Below, piece after piece: positions 30,415 to 39,683 of a stretch of DNA of 64,000 nucleotides (the first letter of the stretch is position 1; the number at the start of each line of letters is the position of its first letter). The stretch lies in assembly GCA_964473825.1 (NCBI GenBank), contig CAYYQL010000006.1, positions 47,367-111,366 on the forward strand, written 5' to 3'. This stretch comes from an uncultured archaeon. Its GTDB lineage: Archaea; Asgardarchaeota; Thorarchaeia; Thorarchaeales; Thorarchaeaceae. The notes under the pieces were generated by a model. The model saw only the letters and a program-made list of their open reading frames with translations, did not search any database and had not been told where the DNA came from. Both the position numbers and the translations under genes were made by a program.

Positions 30415-32417
30415 TCTTCGACCCAATCAAACTTCCGCTGCAGGAGTTTGGTGTATATGTTTCTCCAGTCATAGTCGACCTTCTGACACCAGTTGTAGAC
30501 AATCTTCGGATGGATGTATGATTTGAGAGAAGTGCCAAGATTCCACGTTCGAGAATCTCGAGCCAGTGCCCAGTCAACCTCTATCTTCTTCTTGGCCAGT
30601 TCAGCCTTCTTGACACGTTCCTTCGCCCGTTCAACCATTTCCTTCCGTCGCTCGATTCGTTCGTTGCCATCTTCACGTGTGTCGATCAGAGACTGTTTCT
30701 TCTTCTCCAGTATCTCCTGACTTCTGCGATAGGTCTCTGTGTAGTCCTGCACACGCTTCTTTGCCTTTTCCCAACGCTCTCGCGTCCGGTCAATCTTGGC
30801 CTGTGCCTCTTCTAGGCGTTCTTGTTTGGTTCTCTTGCTCTTTCTTCGGCTCTCACGGATTGCGCGCTTCTCGGCACGGGCATTATCCCATGTCTCTTTT
30901 GCCTTGTCACGCTTCTCGCGATATTCCGCCATCTTCTCTTTGCGTTTCTCAACGACATCCTTTTGCTTCTCGATCAGCTCTCTCTTCTTCTTGAGTCGGT
31001 CCCGTTCTGTCTTACGCCGTTTCTTGAGGCGCTTCTTTTTGTCCGCAAGTGCTCTCTCTGCCTTGGCAATACGTTTGTCGGCCTTCTTCAGTCGTTCTTC
31101 AAAGCGTTTGTCGCGCCTTGGCCAACTCTTCGGCGCCTGTTTTGTATGATTCATAATGCGGGCTACTTCCAGATTGGCTCGTTTGGCTGCCGCCTTCTTG
31201 ATGAAATCCGGGTCCTTCTTTGATACTTTGCTCTCCTTGAGCTCCTCTCTCATAGTGACAGACGCATGGTACGTCCGGAACATCTTCGCGGTGAGATCTG
31301 GATACACCTCACTGAGGAACTGGTTCACATCGTGACTCCGGACCTTGGGAAAGATCTGGGCCATCTTCTTTGGGTCGGCCTTCGTCTTCTGGCGCTTTCG
31401 GGATTTGAATGAGGCCACCCAATCCTTGGCGTTATCGTACAGCTCACGAAAGACATTGTAGACATCATCAGGCGTTTTCAGTTCCTTATGCCAAGGAACA
31501 CTGTCTTTCCCCAAGAAGTCGAATATTATCAACCCGTTCTTGAAGGTGAGATGTTCCACACGTAAGGTTGTCGCGCCCACTGTGTCTGCCTCGTCCTTGT
31601 CCTTCTCATCTCCGACTCGCAGATTCAGACGATCAATCAGATAGCATGCAGCTGCGATCTCACGGACCTTTGCATCATCTGAGTGAAGGCCCCTCATGAT
31701 GTGCTCACGAACGTCTTCAATATGCTTCTCTAGCCTCAGAGCACTATCGAACTTCTCGGCCTCGCGTTCCTGTTTGATGGGCGTAGCATCATGGAGCCAG
31801 ATATACTTGTTCTTGCCGGTCAGCTCACTCTTCCATTTTGCGATCCAGAGACATTCAGGCTTCCAGACAATCTTCTTCCAGTTCCCCTCCGGACGAGGAG
31901 CATCGGGAGAGAGATTGAGTGTGATGTCCTCACATGTCGCAGCCTGCTTCCATCGGCCCCGAAGAGGATGCTCGCCTCTTCCCATGAATATCCCTGATGG
32001 CTCCGTCATGTAACTGGCTAGTTCCATCGTTTCTCCGTCAACCTCAGCATATCCGTACTCCTTCTTGAGGCGTTCCCGTTCAGCCTTTCGCTCCTCTCGC
32101 GCCCTCTTCTTCTCCTCTTTGGTCATGGCCTCCTTTGCTGCTCGCTCTTCTTCCACAAACTGTATCACTTGGGAGAAATCAACCTCGTCAAGAGAGAGCG
32201 GAGAGTTGAATCCGAGGACTTCACTTAAGTCAGTCATGAAGTTCTCAATGAACACGGGGTCTTCAACATAGGGCGTGCCCAGCTTCTTTACCCATGCCAC
32301 AGCCAACTCTTGCTGCCCCCTGGTCAGAACTATCTTTTCTCCTCGCACTTCAATTTCAAGACCTTCTGGCTCTGGTGCCTCTAAGATTAGTACTCCGTTG
32401 TGTTTCAGGCTGTCCAT
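30411..32417 (-). CDS. top1: Eukaryote-type DNA topoisomerase IB
   Basis: LKHNGV, GRGEHPLRG, LRVGDEKD, FLGKDS, KMFRTYHAS, NHTK, GTSLKSYIHP (catalytic Tyr); ATG at 32417 after GAGG. Confidence 0.95.
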   Translation of the reverse strand: MDSLKHNGVLILEAPEPEGLEIEVRGEKIVLTRGQQELAVAWVKKLGTPYVEDPVFIENFMTDLSEVLGFNSPLSLDEVDFSQVIQFVEEERAAKEAMTKEEKKRAREERKAERERLKKEYGYAEVDGETMELASYMTEPSGIFMGRGEHPLRGRWKQAATCEDITLNLSPDAPRPEGNWKKIVWKPECLWIAKWKSELTGKNKYIWLHDATPIKQEREAEKFDSALRLEKHIEDVREHIMRGLHSDDAKVREIAAACYLIDRLNLRVGDEKDKDEADTVGATTLRVEHLTFKNGLIIFDFLGKDSVPWHKELKTPDDVYNVFRELYDNAKDWVASFKSRKRQKTKADPKKMAQIFPKVRSHDVNQFLSEVYPDLTAKMFRTYHASVTMREELKESKVSKKDPDFIKKAAAKRANLEVARIMNHTKQAPKSWPRRDKRFEERLKKADKRIAKAERALADKKKRLKKRRKTERDRLKKKRELIEKQKDVVEKRKEKMAEYREKRDKAKETWDNARAEKRAIRESRRKSKRTKQERLEEAQAKIDRTRERWEKAKKRVQDYTETYRRSQEILEKKKQSLIDTREDGNERIERRKEMVERAKERVKKAELAKKKIEVDWALARDSRTWNLGTSLKSYIHPKIVYNWCQKVDYDWRNIYTKLLQRKFDWVED

Positions 32418-32580
32418 TAGTACATGAAACCTCATTCGATTCATTTCCAAGCTCAAGAATAGACGGGTGTAGTTCGCTTGTTCTTCTCGGCGAGAAGAGT
32501 GTGCCAAAAAAAAGATTGTGTTTAATTCATTGCAGAACTCGGATTCTTTGGCTAGAAGAAAAGCACAAAAAGGAGAGGAA

Positions 32581-32604
32581 GCCGAGTCTCGTGCAAGACT
32601 CGGC
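32581..32604 (-). terminator. GC-rich hairpin followed by a pyrimidine/T-rich tract on the minus strand
   Basis: Perfect 9-bp stem GCCGAGTCT/AGACTCGGC. Confidence 0.4.
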
Positions 32605-32949
32605 GGGGTTTTATTGGGCCTTTTGAGAAAAGGCGCTATTAGAACCAAGGCTCTATTAGATTCACCAAGGCTCTATCAGGACGGGGATTTCATCATCTGG
32701 ACCTGTCAAGTCATTTCACCTGAATATCATTCAGGGATGAGGGGTAGTGTACTGCACGTTCTGCTATCGAACGATTCGGAGAGAAAGGATAGGTTTATTC
32801 CAGAGAGAGCGGGGAGAGGGAGGCAAAGAGAGGGAGGAGATTATATCCGAACGCCCGGTACAGATTTGCCAAAAACAGCTAAGCAGACATAAGGAAAACC
32901 ATACGAGAGGAGAACTTCCGTGACATTGGAAGGAAATCAACCGAACTTC

Positions 32950-35900
32950 TCAGTGAAAGAAACCATCCAGAACCTCGAAGAACTCTTCCATGTTCACTAT
33001 GTGAAATCTAGTCCAGTTTCCCTCCTCCAATAGCTGCAGAATGCTATCTACTACCTCATCACCACTGACACCTCGTGGAAGCTCCCATGAAAGAGAGTCA
33101 AGAATCTCATCTGCCTCTCCAGCTCGTCTCACCTCCAAAGTGAGCGTCCTCCTCTGCAAGTCAGCCTCCAGTCGGGCGGGCATTTCTCCATCCCTCAGGC
33201 CCCGCTTCTCAAGTGCGCTTCTGATTCGAGTGCGCTGAGCTTCTGGATCATAGATCGATTCTTCCGGAATCTCTGACGTGATATTCCTCCAGAGATCATC
33301 TAAGACATCTGAGAGCTCTCGGACTACTTCCAATTCATAGGTGAATGAGCGGTTCTTCCAGTATTCACCCGTCAGACTAGATAGAGCTGTCCACTTGAGC
33401 CAGTCATCTCTGATGGTCAAAGATATCTCCCACCTCTGCTGCTCAGCTCGAAGATAGGTCCCAGTTTTCAGAGATGAAACCTTGAGTCCACTCTTCCGCA
33501 GAATCTTTCTAATGAGTGGGCTCTCGCGGAAGACCAAGCTCTCTCGCTGAAGGTCTGATGGAAGAATCACATTGACCGGGTGTATCTTGGAATCAAAGAC
33601 TATGCTCTCGGATCCGAGTCGGAGGATGATCTCTCTATCAGTGAAAAGGCCGCAGAAGACGTCCAACATTTCCTCATTCTCTCCCTCAAGAGTTGACTGC
33701 CAGCATCTGCCATGTTCCTTCCCCTCTCCCGAAGCCAGTGGACACTCGTTCTCGTTGTGGGATAGTCGAAAGCTGAGCTCCTTACCACAGGGGAGGGCGT
33801 GTAGGTCCGCTACTCTGGCCGGTAATCGGATATCGGCTGTTTCGGGAATGAAGGTTTCACTGACATTCGCCATGAGTGAGAGATCTCCATATTCGATGCC
33901 ACTAAACCGATCCCAGAAGACCATTTGCCCAGACGATAGTCTCACAGGTAGGCCCTTGCGAGTAAGGGTCAATGTATCGATGAGATTTGGCGTGAAGTGA
34001 TGCTCTATCATCTGCAGGGACTCATCATCTTCGTTCTTGATGTCCACTCTGCATCCCTCATCTGTCCATGACAGCTCCACTGACACATGTGTCTGCCCTT
34101 GAATCCGACTGAGGACACGTTCAATAGCCTTTTCGAGTCGATGAGATAGACTGGCTGGAACCAGGATATCAGTAGATCTTCGTGAGATTGGTTCTGAGAT
34201 AGGATCTTGTCTAGTGGCCCGGAGCATCGCGATTGAGCCCGTTGGTCTACCAGGGATGAAGTCGAACGAGCTCCTTAGAATCCAGTCTGACTCCTCTGTT
34301 TCTCTTGTCCAGAACAACCAATTCTCACTGTTTTGCTGGAGAGCCAGAGAGATGCGAGACCCTGTATCTATGAGTTCGCGGACACTGTCAGTGTGCTCTG
34401 AGATATCACTCTCAGCCCATTGCATCCCATCAGGACGGGTAGCCAGCCTTTTGTTGAAGAAGCCCACAAGGACTCTAGCAGGATTCCTCGGGTCTTCCAG
34501 TGCAACAATGCTGATTGGTTGATCAGGGTCCTCTGAGTAGACTATCTGACCAAAGCTGGCAATCCTGGGTTTGGGAGATTCAACAGTCTTAGGATAGGAG
34601 TCCCTCGCCTTGGACTTGTTCTGCTTGGGGCCACGATAGAGTCGGTGAGCATTAATCTGGCCGAGGAAGATATCGGCAAATGCCTTCTGCCTTTTTGTGC
34701 GAGGAGGACGATACATGAGCCTATGCAGTAGAGTGGGTACATCTGTCGGCTCACGGGAAAGAGAACGTCTTGTTATTGTCAGACCTTCCATAGACTCATG
34801 AAACTCATTGAAGAAGTCACGGAGAGCATCTGAGAAACTCACACCGGGTGAAACCTCTGTGTTGGGCCACAGGTCAGCCAACCAAGGAAGCAGGCTCATG
34901 GCCAGCGACCTGATCCGGTCTCGAACCCACGCCTTCGGTACAGCCTGTTCCTGTGGTTCAGGTATCTCTGTCTTGGCCCGATCATATTCTTCGGTTCTGA
35001 ACTTGGCAGTCCAGTGTCTGAGAACCGGGATGTGCAAAAGTGAGCTCTCAAACCCGAAGGACGACTGGGCCACCACGACTCTTATGTCATCAAACATGGG
35101 ACTTCGAGGAGCAGACTGACGGTGCCACGAGTCCGGGTCGATGACTCGTTCAGGCGCACATGGGAGGTTCCATATGATCTCATCCAGTTCACCCACAAGG
35201 GGAGAGGTATCACGCACAGGAATCAGGCAGTTGGTCGAGTAGATTGGAGTTCTTCTCTCATACTTCACCGGCCTGGAGAACCAGAGGATGGTTGTCTGTT
35301 CGTCATCGGATAATCGGTCTACCAGCTCCGCCAGCAAGCGGTTCATGCGGTCTCGATACAGTGAGGGCGTTGAGCTTTCAATCGCGTCCCACCCTGACAC
35401 AACTAGCAGACGGGGCTGTTTCACCTTGTCTTCCAACACCCGCGACAGGTCAATCATCGGGCCGCCATTGTAGAGATATGCCTGAATCTCAGCGAAGAGT
35501 GGTTTGAAATCTATGGAATGGAGGGTTTCCTGCACTGCATCTGACAGACCATTCTCGCCCGACCGCAGACGCGCCCTCAACCGAACCTCAGCAAGGGAGG
35601 TTGTGGAAAACTCGTCAGCCAAGTCAAGCCAGACAACACGGAGGTCAGGAGCGCCCTCTCGAAAGTCATGGATCATCTGCAGACCGTGATGATGTGCTGC
35701 AATCCAAGCAGCTGAGAGCCCTGCTGAGGTTGGAGATGCGGCGGCGATATAGAGAATGAAGCGTCGAGCACTGATGCCAGCACCGATCAGTGGGTCATAG
35801 GGCGGTTTCCATTCCGGTGGCACCGGCAACTCTCTGTAGTCTGGAGTGTGTTCTTGGTTGTGGACCACGAGGGCCATGCGCGGTCTCAGCCCATCCCTCG

Positions 35901-37533
35901 AAACCTCAAAGGCTATTCGTCGTCCAGACAGGTCTTCTGTCAGACATGACTCGAGCGCACTCAAGAGAAGCCCCCGTATCATTCGTCTGCTCTCTCTGCT
36001 CTCGTCGCTGGGGTCCATGACGAGTGTGGCACGAATCACCCTCGGAGGGCTCTCAAGATGAGCAATCGACCCAAAGACCTCAGACAGGGCCTCCGCATAA
36101 GCATCCAGCTGGGTAACGGTGTTCGGTTCAGGGGTGCCATCAACGACCTGTACCCACTCCTTAGGGCTGAGGGGCCGGAGAGAGAGCCTGAACCGTGGGA
36201 CCACCCGCTGGACCATCCCGTGCCGCTTCCGAGATGACGAAGGCCTTCGTTCAGGCTCCATATACCACTTGAACCCACAGCGGGTCTTGACCTCCACCAC
36301 CATCAGCGGACGCCAGAGGGTACGGAGACCTGTTGGTGCGGTCTCCCTTCTGAACACGACCAGGTCTGCCCTCCCCTTGCCCAGCGAGGTCCCCAGAGGT
36401 AGCTCTGCGACAATCCTGAGACCTCCTCCGGCCCCATCACGGTCATCGTCGCGGATGGCTCTCCGTACATCCAGAAACCGGTCGAATCTGTCCGTGATGC
36501 GCCTGTGGGCCTGGGCCCCCACCCTCTTCGTCCGTCGAACGGCACTCTGCCACAGGTGTTTCACATCATCACTGGTCAGGCGTGGTGCCTTCTTCTCGTG
36601 CTCGTCCGTCAGGACCTCGGACCCGCCTGACAGGATTCGGGCAAACTCCCCGGTCAGTACCGAATCCACCCCGGCCGCCTCCGCCTGCGCCAGCTGCTCC
36701 TCGAAGAAGTCCATGCTGAAACGGGGACGGGAATACGCCGCATGGGAGGACACGGTCTCAGGCTCACCCACCCGAACACCGTGGTGTGCCGCGATGTCAT
36801 CACGGATCTCCCGCAGCAGCCTGACCGTCCCATCCCTAAAGCCCGACGACCCATGCTCATGCTCGGTGTACAGGTGGTCGAGGTAGGTCCGTGCCCGCAG
36901 GATGAAGAGGTTGCTGTACCTCCGTGTGTCCCGCACCGACACATCGTGGATGTAGGCATCCGTGTTCAGGACCTGGATGTGCTGGCGCAGGGCGTCCATG
37001 AAGTCCAGCTCGGTGAGGAAGCGGTGGACAGGGGGATAGGCGGGGCAGCGTGCGTCGCCGGGATACCCCTGACCGATGTGCTCCCCGTTCTCGTTGAAGA
37101 GGGGCTGCGGCTGCCCCATGGGGTAGTAGATCGCCCCAGACTCCCGCAGAGCCGCGCCCCCAACGTTGAAGCGCTGGTTCAGGGGGCCCACATCCTCGTA
37201 CCACCGTCGCGCCCGCACGGTCTCGGTGCAGCCATAGAGGGCTGCGTTCTCCTCTAGCATGTCCAGACCATTCTTCCTGATGTTGTGCTCGGCCTTCATC
37301 ACGTGGCTGAAGTCCGGGGCACCCACCGCCCTCGAGATCTGGTAGGCCTCCGTGTACCGGTGCAGGATGTCACGGGAACTCTCGTACAGGTGGCGCGTGG
37401 TCGCGTTCCGAATCGTGCGCTGCAGGTACACAGCCGTGGACAGACCTGTCCTCATCGCCCGTGCCAGCACCCTGTTCGGATGCCTCGGGTACGGCCTCGC
37501 CCGCGGGCCACGGCTCCCTCTCATTCGCGCCAC
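32950..37533 (-). CDS. 1527-aa multidomain protein: PD-(D/E)XK (RecB-like) nuclease plus degenerate RecA/P-loop-like region
   Basis: E-LPL...GRADLVVF...VVEVKT...QLDAY; ASPTSAGLS and LLVVSGW at Walker A/B-like positions. Confidence 0.65.
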   Translation of the reverse strand: MARMRGSRGPRARPYPRHPNRVLARAMRTGLSTAVYLQRTIRNATTRHLYESSRDILHRYTEAYQISRAVGAPDFSHVMKAEHNIRKNGLDMLEENAALYGCTETVRARRWYEDVGPLNQRFNVGGAALRESGAIYYPMGQPQPLFNENGEHIGQGYPGDARCPAYPPVHRFLTELDFMDALRQHIQVLNTDAYIHDVSVRDTRRYSNLFILRARTYLDHLYTEHEHGSSGFRDGTVRLLREIRDDIAAHHGVRVGEPETVSSHAAYSRPRFSMDFFEEQLAQAEAAGVDSVLTGEFARILSGGSEVLTDEHEKKAPRLTSDDVKHLWQSAVRRTKRVGAQAHRRITDRFDRFLDVRRAIRDDDRDGAGGGLRIVAELPLGTSLGKGRADLVVFRRETAPTGLRTLWRPLMVVEVKTRCGFKWYMEPERRPSSSRKRHGMVQRVVPRFRLSLRPLSPKEWVQVVDGTPEPNTVTQLDAYAEALSEVFGSIAHLESPPRVIRATLVMDPSDESRESRRMIRGLLLSALESCLTEDLSGRRIAFEVSRDGLRPRMALVVHNQEHTPDYRELPVPPEWKPPYDPLIGAGISARRFILYIAAASPTSAGLSAAWIAAHHHGLQMIHDFREGAPDLRVVWLDLADEFSTTSLAEVRLRARLRSGENGLSDAVQETLHSIDFKPLFAEIQAYLYNGGPMIDLSRVLEDKVKQPRLLVVSGWDAIESSTPSLYRDRMNRLLAELVDRLSDDEQTTILWFSRPVKYERRTPIYSTNCLIPVRDTSPLVGELDEIIWNLPCAPERVIDPDSWHRQSAPRSPMFDDIRVVVAQSSFGFESSLLHIPVLRHWTAKFRTEEYDRAKTEIPEPQEQAVPKAWVRDRIRSLAMSLLPWLADLWPNTEVSPGVSFSDALRDFFNEFHESMEGLTITRRSLSREPTDVPTLLHRLMYRPPRTKRQKAFADIFLGQINAHRLYRGPKQNKSKARDSYPKTVESPKPRIASFGQIVYSEDPDQPISIVALEDPRNPARVLVGFFNKRLATRPDGMQWAESDISEHTDSVRELIDTGSRISLALQQNSENWLFWTRETEESDWILRSSFDFIPGRPTGSIAMLRATRQDPISEPISRRSTDILVPASLSHRLEKAIERVLSRIQGQTHVSVELSWTDEGCRVDIKNEDDESLQMIEHHFTPNLIDTLTLTRKGLPVRLSSGQMVFWDRFSGIEYGDLSLMANVSETFIPETADIRLPARVADLHALPCGKELSFRLSHNENECPLASGEGKEHGRCWQSTLEGENEEMLDVFCGLFTDREIILRLGSESIVFDSKIHPVNVILPSDLQRESLVFRESPLIRKILRKSGLKVSSLKTGTYLRAEQQRWEISLTIRDDWLKWTALSSLTGEYWKNRSFTYELEVVRELSDVLDDLWRNITSEIPEESIYDPEAQRTRIRSALEKRGLRDGEMPARLEADLQRRTLTLEVRRAGEADEILDSLSWELPRGVSGDEVVDSILQLLEEGNWTRFHIVNMEEFFEVLDGFFH

Positions 37534-37777
37534 TCTCTCTTCGTGCAGAAAACTATCGTATATGCTGTGACCATATCAAATGTTGGCTTAATATTTTTCG
37601 ATTGATATTTTCAGGCTTAGAGAACGAATAGACTAATTCAACTAGTTGTTTATTCAAATTGCTTCATAACTTTATATGCTTTCATACTTACTCATTGTAG
37701 GAGTTCAAAACGGCCCTGCAAGCACAAGGAGGCGAGTGAACTCCACTTAGTGGACTATCAGAACTTTATATGCGAAG

Positions 37778-39463
37778 ATGATGGCGATGGTCAAGTCCCA
37801 GGAACCAGTAATCACGGTCAAGATTCCCATCAACTGGGAGGAGATGACCGCGAGGGCACAGCAGCGACTGCGCCAGATGGTGGGACGTGACACCAGAGTC
37901 ATCCGAGCGTTCTTCGGGATCATCGAAGAGAACGAGGAACAGCTCTTGAGGGGGAGAAACAGGGACCGGATCGATGAGAACAAGCTGCATGCTATGACCA
38001 TGACTGCCCTGAAGGTGAGCAAGGGACAAGAAGAACGTCCTGAGGTAGAGCACGACCTGAAGGAGCAGTTCCCGAGAATATCAGCAAACGAGCTGAGTGA
38101 GTGCCGCAAGGTGGCTGTTGCGAATTACGAGAGTTACCTGGCCTTGAAGAGGAAGCGATGGCGGAAGGCGTCACGACCCAGTGAGGTGAATCGGAGCCAG
38201 CGGATACCGAGAAGAATCTTCATTCCGTATCGGGCTGAGCTGGTTCATCATAAGAGCACTGTGGCAACGTGGTGGCTGGAGCTGCGTGACTCCCTGGACT
38301 CGGTCCCTGAACGACGGCGGGTACATGATAGACTGACGGTGCCGCTGAAGACCTCCCCCTTTCACCTTGAGCAGCTGGACAGGGGAGATAAGAAGTCTGT
38401 GCAGGTGTTCACGGACAGACGGGGGAAGTGGTGGGCAGCGGTTGCTGTGCGATTGCCCGGGGTCGAGGCTGAGTCAGAATTGCCACCTGCAGTGTTGGGA
38501 ATCGATCTGGGAATCAACCGTGCGGTCTGTACGACGTTGGTGACGCCCTCAAAGGTCTCGGAGACCCGGTATTTTGTCCAAGAACATAAGGTCAGACTCA
38601 TGAAGAAGTATGATGACCGATTTGCCGACCTGCAGCGGGAACTTCAATTCTGTAAGGCTGACACGGAGCGGCACGATAACGTGGCTGCTAAACTCCGGAG
38701 CCTTCGCTCCAAGCGAGAACAGGTCTCCAAGGAGTACGACAGGCTAACCGTTAGCAGACTCATCTCGTATATCGAGGAGCTGTCACAGAAGTGGATGGTC
38801 TACGTGGCAATAGGCCGCGTCAAGGGCATCCGCAACACTGCTCGAAAGGGGAACTACAAGGGAAAGAAATTCAGAGGGATGGTGCATCGCTGGAGCTTCG
38901 GGCGGGTGACGCGCACGCTAAAACACGGGCTCGAGCAGCGAGGCTGGAGAACCGAGGGAAGGAAGAGCCGGTTTCATGTTGTCCCTGAGAACTGGACCTC
39001 CATCACCTGCTGGAAGTGCGGCCATCGAGGTGTTCGTCCCAAGCAGTCTCTGTTCATCTGCCATACTTGTGGGTTCAGAACGAACGCTGACAGAAACGGT
39101 TCCCTGAATATCGCGCGTCGATTGATCACGCTCATTCCGTCACTTACGAATGAGAACGGACTAGGGCGGTGGGCCACTCCTCAGCGGGAGCTCGGCTCAG
39201 CCCCGAAGGCTGTGAGGAAGACCCGTTCTTCTAAGCAGAAGTCCGAACTTGCTCGCAATGGCCCGGCATCAGGCCAGAGCAAGTCCGCGGTGGTTCGCCC
39301 CACTCAGATGAGTATCCTTGACTTTGGTGACGAAGTTGCGGGTGGCGATGATGATAGTGCCGTGGGAAGAGCTGTGGAAACACTCTCTGCTTCCAGCAAT
39401 GATGCGGCTGAGTTAAAGCAGGAGAAGGAAGCTCGGGTTACAGGAGGGACCGTGTCCCAATGA
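37778..39463 (+). CDS. tnpB: TnpB/Cas12f-like RuvC protein, copy 1, rearranged active site
   Basis: VLGIDLG (RuvC-I), VAIGRV (Gly at RuvC-II), VPENWTSITCWKCG..CHTCG zinc ribbon, NADRNGSLNI (RuvC-III). Confidence 0.85.
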   Translation: MMAMVKSQEPVITVKIPINWEEMTARAQQRLRQMVGRDTRVIRAFFGIIEENEEQLLRGRNRDRIDENKLHAMTMTALKVSKGQEERPEVEHDLKEQFPRISANELSECRKVAVANYESYLALKRKRWRKASRPSEVNRSQRIPRRIFIPYRAELVHHKSTVATWWLELRDSLDSVPERRRVHDRLTVPLKTSPFHLEQLDRGDKKSVQVFTDRRGKWWAAVAVRLPGVEAESELPPAVLGIDLGINRAVCTTLVTPSKVSETRYFVQEHKVRLMKKYDDRFADLQRELQFCKADTERHDNVAAKLRSLRSKREQVSKEYDRLTVSRLISYIEELSQKWMVYVAIGRVKGIRNTARKGNYKGKKFRGMVHRWSFGRVTRTLKHGLEQRGWRTEGRKSRFHVVPENWTSITCWKCGHRGVRPKQSLFICHTCGFRTNADRNGSLNIARRLITLIPSLTNENGLGRWATPQRELGSAPKAVRKTRSSKQKSELARNGPASGQSKSAVVRPTQMSILDFGDEVAGGDDDSAVGRAVETLSASSNDAAELKQEKEARVTGGTVSQ

Positions 39464-39568
39464 CGGTGGCCGAAGCTCTTGCTTGCTCTGGGGTGGCTCC
39501 CAGAAGTAGCGGTGACGCTGGGCAAGAGAAGAGCGGAACACAGAAGTCCAACCAGCGGAGTTCACTCA
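39305..39568 (+). ncRNA. Putative omegaRNA/reRNA scaffold of TnpB copy 1 (5' boundary approximate)
   Basis: Several stems covary with 41190-41453, including GNRA hairpin AGCG-GTGA-CGCT; overlaps the gene 3' end. Confidence 0.65.
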
Positions 39569-39683
39569 ACCCCAGCCATGGGAGTACACTTTGTCTTCTG
39601 AAGAGCAAAGCCATGCTTTTTCTCTTGCTGCAGTTGATCGATTCCGCAACTGGACTGTTAGTAAATAGGCTGAGGCGACGACG

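Noticed and set aside
32418-32648. N-terminal extension of topoisomerase IB in the ORF track
   Set aside because: Homology begins at MDSLKHNG with an RBS-like GAGG; the upstream part is promoter/terminator-like sequence.
32640-32700. C/D-box-like ATGATGA...CTGA on the minus strand and a 13-bp tandem repeat ACCAAGGCTCTAT
   Set aside because: Only one box pair and no verifiable rRNA/tRNA target; not enough support.
37511-37519. 9-nt match (AGGGAGCCG) between candidate guide 2 and the start of the 1527-aa gene
   Set aside because: Too short; expected by chance in 64 kb. No longer in-window target was found for either guide.
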